NCBI GenBank assembly: GCA_052035095.1
Contig: JBPOHW010000008.1
Span: 3,060 to 67,059 of the forward strand
Source: Candidatus Moraniibacteriota bacterium
GTDB taxonomy: Bacteria > Patescibacteriota > Minisyncoccia > Moranbacterales > UBA1568
DNA length: 64,000 nucleotides
Reading direction: 5' to 3'
The position numbers and the translations under genes are program-made. Below the pieces are notes generated by a model that had not been told where the DNA came from, made no database searches, and saw only the letters and a list, made by a program, of their open reading frames with translations. Positions 17,319-26,402 of this stretch are shown here, in pieces. Position 1 is the stretch's first letter; each line of letters starts with the position of its first letter.

Positions 17319-19151
17319 TTAAAATCTCTCCAATAACTTAGTGAAAAGTGTTCCTACATTGGTAGTTGTTGTGCTACTTAAGTTTATCTGACTACTATCC
17401 TTCTGGCATTCTTCCAGAAACTTCTTGGCAAGCAATACTTTATCTAGCTTACTTTTTTTGATATACGTGGAATTAGATTCAGCGTAAGACTTACTTTCGT
17501 CTTTGAGTACGAATTTCTTAAAGTCTTCTAGTGAAAAAACATCTTCTATACTTCCCTCAGATTCTAATACAGCCAAAATTAAATCCTTAGTTACTAACCA
17601 AGTATCTTTCAAATTTCTCTCCCCATCTCTTTTCCCCTGATCTTTATCGTATAGGTATAAAACTTTTGTACCCCAGCCATGCAGGATAGTTCCAACGAAA
17701 GGCATATTCCCAGCTCCGCCACCAAAGATAAAGTTTAACTTATTTTCATTCATCAGTTTTTTAAATGCGTTTAAGTAATAAAGATCTGATGGACCTTCGA
17801 CTACTACGTTATTAACTTTATCCAAGGAAGCAACACCGGAGTTTAATTCTAGACCTATAGCCGTCAGGATGGGGGTTAATGTTTCTTTGTCTGCTAAAGC
17901 ATGAACTTTATTTTCAATTTTTGTGCCAGACTTTTTTGTTCGATGGATTAGTCTAATCTGATTTAGTTTATCTGCTTCCAAAAGATAGGGTGAGTGTGTA
18001 GAGAATACTAACTGCACTTCCTCTGCCGAGGCCTCAAGTTTTCTTAAAATATCCTCCTGTGCTTTTGCGTGTAGAAATAATCCAGGCTCATCTATCAAGA
18101 TGATATTTGGAACATCCTCACTTGCACGTGCAGACACTTTAATATAAAAGGCTAGATGCCACTGCCGTCCCTTACTCCTCAAGCTTGGTTCATACAAATG
18201 CCCGTCTTCTTCAACCCAAAAGTAAACATCTTCTGAATCCCAATCTACGCTTAAGTTAGTAATGTCTTGAGTCCAGAATTTCTCGTAGTCTTTATTTATT
18301 TTGATGTTCAAATCCTTCTTGTGTTTTTGTTTATCACGGGCTTGAGAATTTTTGATTGTATCTACGTCTAGGTTGCTTATGACTGCTAAATCTTGAACCC
18401 ATTTGTTAGTTTCAAGCTCTGCAAACGGTATTTTATTTGGAAAAACATCTTCAAATGAATTAAAGAATACAAAATTTGGTATCCATTTTTTGAGAGCTTC
18501 TAAGAATTTGGTCTCTGAATTAATTAATTTTTCAGCACCATCCATATCTCCGCCGATCTCCGATAATAATTTCAAAAAAATACCACCATCTTTTTCATCT
18601 ATCTGCGCAACATTAGGTGAGGTAGCAGTTTGAAATGTGTTAAATAAGGCCTTACTATTTTCAAAATTAGAAAATTCAAAATCAAACAAAGTCCCTCCTA
18701 ATTGCGTATGCTTTACATGTAGTCCTTTTATTTTGTCCCACTTATTTATGATTGATTTCTCCAGTCTCTCCAAATCATTTTTTCCAAAAATATCATCCTC
18801 TAGAGTTTCTTTCCCGAACCTATAACTATCTGGAAAAGTCTTAATAACCTCGAGCTCGATATTTTTAGTAGCCTTCTTTGTACTAGCTATTTTTTCTAGT
18901 ATATTTTTGAGAATAGATGCCTCAACTACAAAAGTTACGGAAATTTCTGGTATTGCCTCAGGTGTTTTTATTGGAATAGCAGATTCTCTAATTTTCTTTT
19001 CCGTATCAAAATCTTCTAAAGCCTCGAGAATTGAGGTTTTACCTGATTCATTTTTTCCAGCAAGGATCGTAACTGTATCAGTTAGATAACAATCGCCACT
19101 GTCGGTTATGGATTTAAAATTCTTAATCCGAAATTTCTTAAGCTTTAGCAT
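17319..19151 (-). CDS. OLD-family ATP-dependent nuclease (ABC ATPase + TOPRIM)
   Basis: GKNESGKT, RSKG, ILIDEPGLFLH, STHSPY, VVEGPSD, DKD. Confidence 0.9.
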   Translation of the reverse strand: MLKLKKFRIKNFKSITDSGDCYLTDTVTILAGKNESGKTSILEALEDFDTEKKIRESAIPIKTPEAIPEISVTFVVEASILKNILEKIASTKKATKNIELEVIKTFPDSYRFGKETLEDDIFGKNDLERLEKSIINKWDKIKGLHVKHTQLGGTLFDFEFSNFENSKALFNTFQTATSPNVAQIDEKDGGIFLKLLSEIGGDMDGAEKLINSETKFLEALKKWIPNFVFFNSFEDVFPNKIPFAELETNKWVQDLAVISNLDVDTIKNSQARDKQKHKKDLNIKINKDYEKFWTQDITNLSVDWDSEDVYFWVEEDGHLYEPSLRSKGRQWHLAFYIKVSARASEDVPNIILIDEPGLFLHAKAQEDILRKLEASAEEVQLVFSTHSPYLLEADKLNQIRLIHRTKKSGTKIENKVHALADKETLTPILTAIGLELNSGVASLDKVNNVVVEGPSDLYYLNAFKKLMNENKLNFIFGGGAGNMPFVGTILHGWGTKVLYLYDKDQGKRDGERNLKDTWLVTKDLILAVLESEGSIEDVFSLEDFKKFVLKDESKSYAESNSTYIKKSKLDKVLLAKKFLEECQKDSSQINLSSTTTTNVGTLFTKLLERF

Positions 19152-19190
19152 ATCTATCCTTTATTAAACTCTTATTAGCATCCTGATCAG

Positions 19191-19340
19191 CTAGCTTCTT
19201 TGAAGAAAAAAATAAGTAAATCCAGCAAGGCTATCCAGCCACATTCCCATTTCTTCTTTACCTGCTTTGACCCCGCAGTTTTTCTCAAAGTATTCCTGGC
19301 CTCTCTTAATCAATCCCTCGGAAAACTTTTGAGCTGACAT
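19191..19340 (-). CDS. Small hypothetical protein (49 aa)
   Basis: Manual translation MSAQKFSEGLIKRGQEYFEKNCG...; starts 5 nt after the XRE stop. Confidence 0.55.
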   Translation of the reverse strand: MSAQKFSEGLIKRGQEYFEKNCGVKAGKEEMGMWLDSLAGFTYFFLQRS

Positions 19341-19345
19341 AAGGA

Positions 19346-19567
19346 TTACTTCAAAAAGTGTTCGACACTTTTACCGTACAGTTGGGCAAATTTCTTTACT
19401 TCCAAGATATCGAGACGATATTCACCGGATTCGACACGAGAAATGTAGGACTGCGGACGCTTCATTTTCTTGGCAACATCAACTTGCCTGAGTCCAGCCT
19501 CGTGCCTCGCTTTGATCATCCTTTCGATGAAAATGGCGTATTCTTTTGTGCGGATTGTTCTTCCCAT
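19346..19567 (-). CDS. XRE-family HTH regulator
   Basis: AGLRQVDVAKKMKRPQSYISRVESGEYRLD. Confidence 0.92.
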   Translation of the reverse strand: MGRTIRTKEYAIFIERMIKARHEAGLRQVDVAKKMKRPQSYISRVESGEYRLDILEVKKFAQLYGKSVEHFLK

Positions 19568-19633
19568 ATACTACAAACGTATATACGGGAAATCAAGAAA
19601 AAGCAGTCTCTCGTGAGACTGCTCGTTCCGTCG

Positions 19634-19709
19634 TGCGGGGACGACCGGGCTCGAACCGGCGACCTTCTGCGTGACAGGCAGACGCTCTAACCAACTGAGC
19701 TACGCCCCC
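19634..19709 (-). tRNA. tRNA-Asp(GTC)
   Basis: GGGGGCGTAGCTCAGTTGGTTAGAGCGTCTGCCTGTCACGCAGA...GGTTCGAGCCC. Confidence 0.95.
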
Positions 19710-19741
19710 AAACATTCAATTTTTTCTCTCTGATTTTCCTT

Positions 19742-19792
19742 TGGTACCAGGGGCGAGATTCGAACTCTTGATCCGCCTCAGGCGGACTTATG
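19742..19792 (-). pseudogene. 3' part of a disrupted tRNA(CAT)
   Basis: CATAAG...GAGTTCGAATCTCGCCCCTGGTACCA with an internal palindrome. Confidence 0.75.
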
Positions 19793-19828
19793 CGTTCAAT
19801 ATCCCACCTTACCCCCGTACCATTTTTG

Positions 19829-19902
19829 TAGCAGGGGCGAGATTCGAACTCGCGACCTACGGCTTATGAGTCCGTCGCTCTAACCAACTGAGCTACCCTG
19901 CC
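19829..19902 (-). tRNA. tRNA with CAT anticodon (elongator Met or Ile2)
   Basis: GGCAGGGTAGCTCAGTTGGTTAGAGCGACGGACTCATAAGCCGT...GTTCGAATCTCGCCCCTGCTA. Confidence 0.92.
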
Positions 19903-19965
19903 GTAAAAATGGTACAGAATAAGTTTACATTACCCTGATAAAGCTGACTGGGGAAATACTCTCAC

Positions 19966-20058
19966 CGAGATTCGAACTCTCGATCCGCCTCAGGCGGACT
20001 TATGAGTCCCGTGCTCCCTGCCTGCCGGCAGGCAGGTAACCAACTGAGCTACCCTGGC
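19966..20058 (-). pseudogene. 5' part of a disrupted tRNA(CAT) with palindrome insertions
   Basis: GCCAGGGTAGCTCAGTTGGTTA[20-nt palindrome]GAGCACGGGACTCATAA...GTTCGAATCTCG; no acceptor 3' strand. Confidence 0.75.
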
Positions 20059-20211
20059 AAAAAGTACCATATCGATTGGAAAGAAACAAGGGCGGGAAAA
20101 GAACCGCTCTCCCAAGAGCTTACCAGAAAGCCACAATTCTTTCAAGGGAACCTCGCCTTCAAAAGAAAGCGCCTCCTCAAAATCAAAGGAAGCGCGATAA
20201 CTCCGGAAAGG

Positions 20212-20532
20212 CTAGAGCGAAACATTCAAAACTTCCCGTTCAATACTCGGAATGAGGCTGAGAAATACTTCTCTAAAAGGCTCTCCTTCCCTCTCAGCCA
20301 AAGCAAAAATCGAATCAAGCTCTTCGGAAAGTTTCAGTTGCCGAGCCGCTTTCTCTCGTGGGAGTGAAATTGCACGGCGAATTGACACAAACCGCTTCGC
20401 CAAATCGACAAGCATTTCTCCTTGTTGGAGGGAAAGCCCATTGTTCTCAACCAGCGAAAAAACCATCGATCGCACCCTTTGATCGGACAGGACTCTCCCG
20501 TGAAGCACCCTATTCAAGCTTAACGCTGTCAT
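20212..20532 (-). CDS. Hypothetical protein
   Basis: AGGAGG RBS, 106 aa. Confidence 0.65.
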   Translation of the reverse strand: MTALSLNRVLHGRVLSDQRVRSMVFSLVENNGLSLQQGEMLVDLAKRFVSIRRAISLPREKAARQLKLSEELDSIFALAEREGEPFREVFLSLIPSIEREVLNVSL

Positions 20533-20585
20533 ACCAACCTCCTCTTGTAAACATTAAAGAACGAATTCCACCACCGTATTGATCG

Positions 20586-21998
20586 TCAAGACGCCTCCGC
20601 CATTTTCCTCAAAAGAGCAATATCATTTTTTATATCCGAAAGAATGTTTTTCACTTCGCTACGAACAAACTCCACAACCTCCCTTGCAAGGAGAACGTCG
20701 CCGCCGCTTTCCCTGACTCTTACTTGCCACTTTTCAAGGGCTTCCGGAAGTGAGAGATTCTCATCGTCCTCTATTTCCGATTCTTTGTCAATATCCACAG
20801 GACCGGTGTGCCCAAGTCCCTCTCTCGATATTTCATCTATCATACAAAGAGCCGCTACTTGGGAATTGAACGCCCGCGGCTCCCGCCGCACATCGCCCGC
20901 AATGATGGCAAGCGTCTTTTCAAGAGAATTTGCAAGTTTATACGATCGCGTCGACGAGGATATCGCCTCAAACTCATCGCAGAACCGTATAAGTGAAGGA
21001 GCAATGTTGGGTATGTCCGGATCGGCATGGTGGTGGTGTGCCGCAAGCATCACCTGAAATTCAGAATACCCGTACTTCTCAAGAATAGGTTGCGATTTCT
21101 CCTCGTGAGCATCGAGAATCTCCCGCAAAGTCATCTGTCCCGAAAAGCCGACGCGTTCCAAACGTCCTATCCGAATTTGAACCCACGAATCCTCTTCATT
21201 TTGAAGGCGAGTAGCTTGCTCCGCGTCGGTATCTCCCGCCATATCGGGATGCTGTTTCCGATACTCCAAGCGAAAGAGTGTCTCCGCAGGCATAAACATA
21301 TTCACCCGTTTTCCGGAAAAGGTGGAGCGAACTGTTTCTTCGGAAACTTCAGGAGAAAGCGGCTCTTCCAAAGAAGCAGTTGCTCGATCATGTGCCCTTC
21401 CCGCTTTCGAAAGAATTTCCCGGGCAAAATCCCGTTCATTTTTTTTCTCGCTCTCGCAACACCGGACAAGATACGCTTCACTCTCGGAATCGCGTACGGA
21501 ATTTTCTATGACATCGGCGGTGATATTAAGTTTCCCAATATCATGCACAACGGCAACTCGAAGAATCTCCTTCATAACCTCATCCTCACCCTTTCCGGAT
21601 TCCCGCCCAAGCGGGGCGGCTATCGACTCAAGTGTCCGCCCTCCCGCCGAAAAAATTCGTTCAAATTTTTCGAGCGCCAACCGAAACGTACGCAATGAAT
21701 GAGAGAAGAGAATCTTTCGATCATCATCATACAGCCATATATAGTCGAGGAGCTTCCAGTCTTTTTGCTCGAGAACGCCTTCAAGGGCGAGAACGTACTT
21801 TTCCGGAAGAATATCTTGCTCTCGAATATACCGCTTCATATGCTCGATAAACTCCGGATGCTCACTTACCGCTCTTTCCACCGCGGGAAGATCTCCCTCC
21901 GCCGCAATCGCATGAGTCTTCCGTTCCGCATCCTCCAATAAACCTGAAGCTTCTCCCTTTCCATCACGCGCTTTGAAAGACAGCTTCTCGACCGCCAT
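20586..21998 (-). CDS. HD-GYP-like phosphohydrolase with a large insertion
   Basis: HSLR, VHDIGK, HHH, CDEFEAI...RSYK; GGAGG RBS before ATG 21998. Confidence 0.75.
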   Translation of the reverse strand: MAVEKLSFKARDGKGEASGLLEDAERKTHAIAAEGDLPAVERAVSEHPEFIEHMKRYIREQDILPEKYVLALEGVLEQKDWKLLDYIWLYDDDRKILFSHSLRTFRLALEKFERIFSAGGRTLESIAAPLGRESGKGEDEVMKEILRVAVVHDIGKLNITADVIENSVRDSESEAYLVRCCESEKKNERDFAREILSKAGRAHDRATASLEEPLSPEVSEETVRSTFSGKRVNMFMPAETLFRLEYRKQHPDMAGDTDAEQATRLQNEEDSWVQIRIGRLERVGFSGQMTLREILDAHEEKSQPILEKYGYSEFQVMLAAHHHHADPDIPNIAPSLIRFCDEFEAISSSTRSYKLANSLEKTLAIIAGDVRREPRAFNSQVAALCMIDEISREGLGHTGPVDIDKESEIEDDENLSLPEALEKWQVRVRESGGDVLLAREVVEFVRSEVKNILSDIKNDIALLRKMAEAS

Positions 21999-22127
21999 GT
22001 CCGATCCGCCTCCGCCGGTTCTCGCGCCGCCGGTTTCCTCCAAATTCGGCTGTTCCCAAAAACGAAACATACTCGTAACAAAAAAGCGATACACCCCCAG
22101 TGTACCGCCCTTCTTCTTTCCATTCAA

Positions 22128-22213
22128 GGCACGTCGCTCGCTTGCCACGTCGTTGCACGAACGACGGTGGCGAGCGACGTCGTTGCACGAACGACGGTGG
22201 CGAGCGACGTGCC
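22128..22213. repeat. Palindromic intergenic element with a 30-bp tandem duplication
   Basis: ACGTCGTTGCACGAACGACGGTGGCGAGCG x2 inside GGCACGTCGCTCGC/GCGAGCGACGTGCC. Confidence 0.85.
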
Positions 22214-22244
22214 AAGGCATCAGCACCGGAAAAATTCCGCAACG

Positions 22245-24047
22245 CTATTTATCCTCCCCCTCATCCAAAAAGCTCCCCGTCTGCCGATTCCACAAGCTCG
22301 CGTAGAGTCCGTTCTTCGCGAGGAGTTCGTCGTGCTTCCCTTCTTCTTCAATCTTTCCATCGCGATTCATGACAACGATGCGGTCGAGCTTCCGGATCGT
22401 GCTCAAACGATGCGCGATGACAACCGCCGTCTTGCCGCTCATCAAATCGTCAAGCGCTTCCTGTATCGCGTGTTCGCTCTCCGAATCGAGCGAACTCGTC
22501 GCCTCATCGAGCACCAAAATTTCCGCATCCTTCAAAATGGCGCGAGCAATGGCAATGCGTTGACGTTCGCCGCCCGAGAGTTTCACCCCGCGCTCGCCAA
22601 CCAAAGTGTCGTACCCCTTGGGAAGGCGCGTGATAAAATCGTGCGCTTCGGCTTTCTTCGCCGCCGTGACAATGTCTTCATCCGACGCTTCCGGTTTGCC
22701 ATAGGCGATATTCTCGCGAATCGAACGATGAAAGAGAAGTGGCTCCTGCGGCACATAGGCGATATGCGAGCGGAGCTCATCCTGGCGAATACTTCGAATA
22801 TCCTGCCCGTCAATCGTGATCGCCCCCGTCTGCGGATCCGCGAATCGCAAGAGGAGTTTCGTCACCGTCGTCTTCCCCGCGCCCGATGGCCCCACGAGTC
22901 CCACCTTCTCTCCGTCTCGAATCGCGAGTGAAAAGTTTTGAAACACATCCTCGCCGTCCGAATACTTGAACGACACGTCGCGAAACTCAATCCGCCCATC
23001 CTTTATCCGATCCGCCTCCGGCTCTTCGGGATCGAGAATATCAATCGGTGTCTCGAAAACCTCAATCATTTCGGAAGCTGCTGCGGATGTTCGAAGGATC
23101 TGCGATGCCGATCGCGTGAGTTGCCACATGATGCCGAAAATATTCAGAAGATATGTCTGCACCAAAACCACGGTCCCCGCGGTAATTTCACCGCGAAGCC
23201 AAAGCCACACCGAAAGAGATAAGCCGGAAAACTGTAACAGGATTGCCAATCCATTCTGTACGGCACTCATAAGAATAAACGCCTTCCATGCCTCGCTTCG
23301 CGCTCGCTCTTGAGTGTTCGCGTATTCCCGAAATGAAGATTTTTCTCGACTATGAGCCGAGAAAACCTTCACGGTGAGAATATTTGTGAGCACATCCGAC
23401 AACCGACCGGTTATCTTGGAATCCTCGGCGGATTCAATATCATTGAATCTCCATCGCCGTTTCAAAAGCGGAATACTCGCCAACACAACCACAATCATGC
23501 TTCCCAAAAAAAGAAAAGCGAGAAGTGGCGAAAAGAAAAAAATGCCAAAAAAAGTTCCAAAAAGTATAAGACCATTCATCCACAAAGAAAAAGTTATCGT
23601 GTCCTGTAAATCCGAAAGTCCGTGCACGAATCGACCGGACTGCGATACCAAACTTCCGGAAAATCGATTTGCAAAAAATGCATACGAATGTTTCTGAAGT
23701 CTTTCAAATGTAAAGCATGCAAGATCGCGTTGCGCGCGACTCTGCGCAAAAAAATACAAAAAATCTCCGACACGAAAGACAACGTACTGAAAAAGAAACA
23801 ATCCTCCAAGTACGGAAATCCAAAACCATACTTCTTCGCGACCAGTCAGTGAATCGCCGGAAATGATATCCACGATATTTTTGTACACGATCGGCGGCAA
23901 GATATCGACACACACAATCCCTATCCCATAACACAGAAGTCCGCCCAAAAACCGCCATCGGTATTTCCCGACGACCTTCCAGTACCACGACACGATCTTC
24001 CGGATCGGCATCAACTTTTTTGCCTCCGGTTTTTCTTGCTCATTCAT
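22245..24047 (-). CDS. ABC exporter, fused permease/ATPase
   Basis: TM domain, GPSGAGKT, LSGGERQR, LDEATSSLD. Confidence 0.95.
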   Translation of the reverse strand: MNEQEKPEAKKLMPIRKIVSWYWKVVGKYRWRFLGGLLCYGIGIVCVDILPPIVYKNIVDIISGDSLTGREEVWFWISVLGGLFLFQYVVFRVGDFLYFFAQSRAQRDLACFTFERLQKHSYAFFANRFSGSLVSQSGRFVHGLSDLQDTITFSLWMNGLILFGTFFGIFFFSPLLAFLFLGSMIVVVLASIPLLKRRWRFNDIESAEDSKITGRLSDVLTNILTVKVFSAHSREKSSFREYANTQERARSEAWKAFILMSAVQNGLAILLQFSGLSLSVWLWLRGEITAGTVVLVQTYLLNIFGIMWQLTRSASQILRTSAAASEMIEVFETPIDILDPEEPEADRIKDGRIEFRDVSFKYSDGEDVFQNFSLAIRDGEKVGLVGPSGAGKTTVTKLLLRFADPQTGAITIDGQDIRSIRQDELRSHIAYVPQEPLLFHRSIRENIAYGKPEASDEDIVTAAKKAEAHDFITRLPKGYDTLVGERGVKLSGGERQRIAIARAILKDAEILVLDEATSSLDSESEHAIQEALDDLMSGKTAVVIAHRLSTIRKLDRIVVMNRDGKIEEEGKHDELLAKNGLYASLWNRQTGSFLDEGEDK

Positions 24048-24119
24048 AAATGCATACACTACCACAGACGAAACATCCCCATCAGAAGACGGGGATATTC
24101 CAAAAACAGATTTTCATGT

Positions 24120-24182
24120 GTTGCGGGGGCAGGATTTGCCCCGTCATTCGACGGGGCATCCCGTCGAATGACGGGATGAACC
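24120..24182 (-). pseudogene. tRNA-fMet 3' fragment with two 20-nt palindromes in the T-loop
   Basis: GTTGCGGGGGCAGGATTT[40 nt]GAACC on the plus strand. Confidence 0.75.
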
Positions 24183-24211
24183 TTCCGTAAACCAAGATCT
24201 TCTTCCCAATG

Positions 24212-24285
24212 TTGCGGGGGTGGGATTTGAACCCACGGCCTCCTGGTTATGAGCCAGGCGAGCTGCCAGACTGCTCCACCCCGCG
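24212..24285 (-). tRNA. Initiator-type tRNA-Met(CAT)
   Basis: CGCGGGGTGGAGCAGTCTGGCAGCTCGCCTGGCTCATAACCAGG...; C1:A72 mismatch. Confidence 0.9.
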
Positions 24286-24537
24286 ATAAAGAATGCTTCG
24301 AAATCCATTTCCTCCCTTGAGACTTTTCAAGTATATTTCTCTCCTTCTTGCGTCGGAGTAATTCTCATAATCCTCTCGATAAACCAACTTCCAATTCTTT
24401 CCGCCCTTTGTCCATCGAGACTTCCCTGCGTTGTGGAAAGAAATCCTCTTTTCTACATCGGCGGAAATACCGATATAAAAACGACCAGCACTTGATTGTA
24501 TCACATACACACTAAAAGGAAGACTCGTGTCAAACAT
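24247..24537 (-). CDS. Small GIY-YIG nuclease
   Basis: VYVI..RFYIG...R..FHNAG...ARRREIYLKSLKG; stop codon lies inside tRNA-fMet. Confidence 0.9.
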   Translation of the reverse strand: MFDTSLPFSVYVIQSSAGRFYIGISADVEKRISFHNAGKSRWTKGGKNWKLVYREDYENYSDARRREIYLKSLKGGNGFRSILYRGVEQSGSSPGS

Positions 24538-24550
24538 ACATCACAATGAC

Positions 24551-24597
24551 CTCATAAGCCAGTCCCACCGGGGCGGGACAGACTACTCCACCCCGCG
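24551..24597 (-). pseudogene. Degenerate 5' half of tRNA-fMet
   Basis: CGCGGGGTGGAGTAGTCTG[hairpin]CTGGCTTATGA. Confidence 0.7.
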
Positions 24598-24671
24598 ATA
24601 TTTTAGCTGCTCCTTTCCACAGCGGTATGTGTCTTTCAACAGTACAAGTATTCCACTCTCACGTCAACCAG

Positions 24672-24745
24672 TGGGTGATCGAGGACTCGAACCTCGGACC
24701 TCGACATTATCAGTGTCGCGCTCTAACCACCTGAGCTAATCACCC
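24672..24745 (-). tRNA. tRNA-Ile(GAT)
   Basis: GGGTGATTAGCTCAGGTGGTTAGAGCGCGACACTGATAATGTCG...GGTTCGAGTCC. Confidence 0.95.
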
Positions 24746-24889
24746 AAAGAAAACCCATCGAAACATTCCGGTTCCTCAAGAAGAATCCTATCAAAAAGAC
24801 TCAAAAAGAGCAAGACGCTTGCCAACAAAGAGAAAATATGCCAGGCTCTTCGTAGCAAGTCCTTTTCCAACCAACAAGAGGAAGTAAGA

Positions 24890-26353
24890 ATGAACAAGAA
24901 AGTACCCTCTTCCCTAACTCCAGTGGAAGACTCTTCAGTCAGGATACATGTGCTTGATACCAGCGTACTTATGAGTAGCCCCTCAGCGCTCTTTAGCTTT
25001 CAAGAACATGATATCTGCCTCCCCATGCAAGTATTGAGTGAAATCGATAAAGGAAAAAAGGGGCACTTCGAAGCGGCGAGAAATGCAAGAGAGTCCGCCA
25101 GAAATATCGAGAGCGTCAGCGCTGAACCGGGAGCAGATATTACAGTAGGGGTATCTCTTTCGAGATTAAGCCAAGGAGCCGCCACCGGAGAACTCTTCAT
25201 TTGCAACGATTTGGTTGAGCGTTTTATACCAAAAACTCTCCCGAAAGAAAATGGAGACAATCAAATCATTGGAACCGTTCTATTTCTCAAAAAGAAATTC
25301 CCGGGCCGAACCATCATATTGGTTTCCAATGACATAAATATGCGGAGTAAGGCGAGGGCATGTCACATTAAGGCGGAAGAATACGCTACGGATAGAGTTA
25401 TCAAGGACACCTCCCTTTTGTACTCCGGTACTCGAAGGCTCGATGAATCATTTTGGTCGGAAAACGAAATTAGCGAGACCATGAAAAGCGGAGGAAAACG
25501 ATTCTACACAGTGAAGGGTCCCTTTGCTGAATCGGTTGTCTTAGGGGAATACGTCTATTACGAAGGTGACGCACCCCTCTACGCAGTTGTCACGGAAATT
25601 TCCAGAGGAGTGACACACCTCGCTACAATCAGGGACTATTCCCTATCGAAGAATTCCGTGTCCGGAATCACGGCAAACAACCGCGAACAAAATTTCGCCC
25701 TCAATGCCCTCATGGATCCGGATATTGACTTCGTTTCTCTGATGGGCGATGCCGGAACCGGAAAAACACTCCTCGCACTCGCGGCTGGCCTTGCCCAAAC
25801 CATGGAACCGAGCCAGCGGAAATACAACAAAATCATCATGACTCGGGCAACCGTACCGATCGGAGGTGAGGACATAGGATATCTTCCGGGAACCGAAGTA
25901 GAAAAAATGACACCATGGATGGGCGCCCTCATGGACAACTTGGAAGTAGTTATGCCTAATCAGTTCGGAGGAAACGGTAACGGAAATGGGAGGCTGACAG
26001 AATTTGGGCGAGGCGCAACGCAGGATATACTTGAGAAGTATATCAGCATACGTCACATGGGCTTTATGAGGGGAAGAACTTTCCAAGAAAAGTTTCTCAT
26101 CATAGATGAGGCTCAAAATCTCACCGTTGACCAAGCGAGAACAATGATCACAAGGGCAGGGAACGGAACCAAGGTTGTTTTCCTTGGAAATATTGCCCAA
26201 ATCGACACTCCGTACGTCATTGGCGCAACCTCCGGAATCACCTTTGTTGCCGAACGCATGAAGAACTGGGATCACGCTCGCCACGTCATTCTCCCGAAGG
26301 GTGAACGTTCGCGACTCGCAAACTATGCAAATCAGGTCCTTCAAACAGTTTGA
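24890..26353 (+). CDS. PIN-PhoH family ATPase
   Basis: VLDTSVLM PIN motif, GDAGTGKT, RGRT, IIDEAQN. Confidence 0.95.
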   Translation: MNKKVPSSLTPVEDSSVRIHVLDTSVLMSSPSALFSFQEHDICLPMQVLSEIDKGKKGHFEAARNARESARNIESVSAEPGADITVGVSLSRLSQGAATGELFICNDLVERFIPKTLPKENGDNQIIGTVLFLKKKFPGRTIILVSNDINMRSKARACHIKAEEYATDRVIKDTSLLYSGTRRLDESFWSENEISETMKSGGKRFYTVKGPFAESVVLGEYVYYEGDAPLYAVVTEISRGVTHLATIRDYSLSKNSVSGITANNREQNFALNALMDPDIDFVSLMGDAGTGKTLLALAAGLAQTMEPSQRKYNKIIMTRATVPIGGEDIGYLPGTEVEKMTPWMGALMDNLEVVMPNQFGGNGNGNGRLTEFGRGATQDILEKYISIRHMGFMRGRTFQEKFLIIDEAQNLTVDQARTMITRAGNGTKVVFLGNIAQIDTPYVIGATSGITFVAERMKNWDHARHVILPKGERSRLANYANQVLQTV

Positions 26354-26402
26354 AAACAAGCCGCCCCACGAACATTCCGGGGCGGTATTTTTTTCGAAAA
26401 AA

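Larger units (their letters stand above)
16644..19633 (-). mobile_element. Integrase-free genomic island at the tRNA-Asp 3' end
   Basis: AT-rich, bounded by tRNA-Asp and S4. Confidence 0.75.

Noticed and set aside
21999-22226. N-terminal extension with repeated VARHRRSCND on the HD protein; repeat as a mini-CRISPR
   Set aside because: It is the translated 30-bp tandem repeat with no spacers; the RBS supports a start at 21998.
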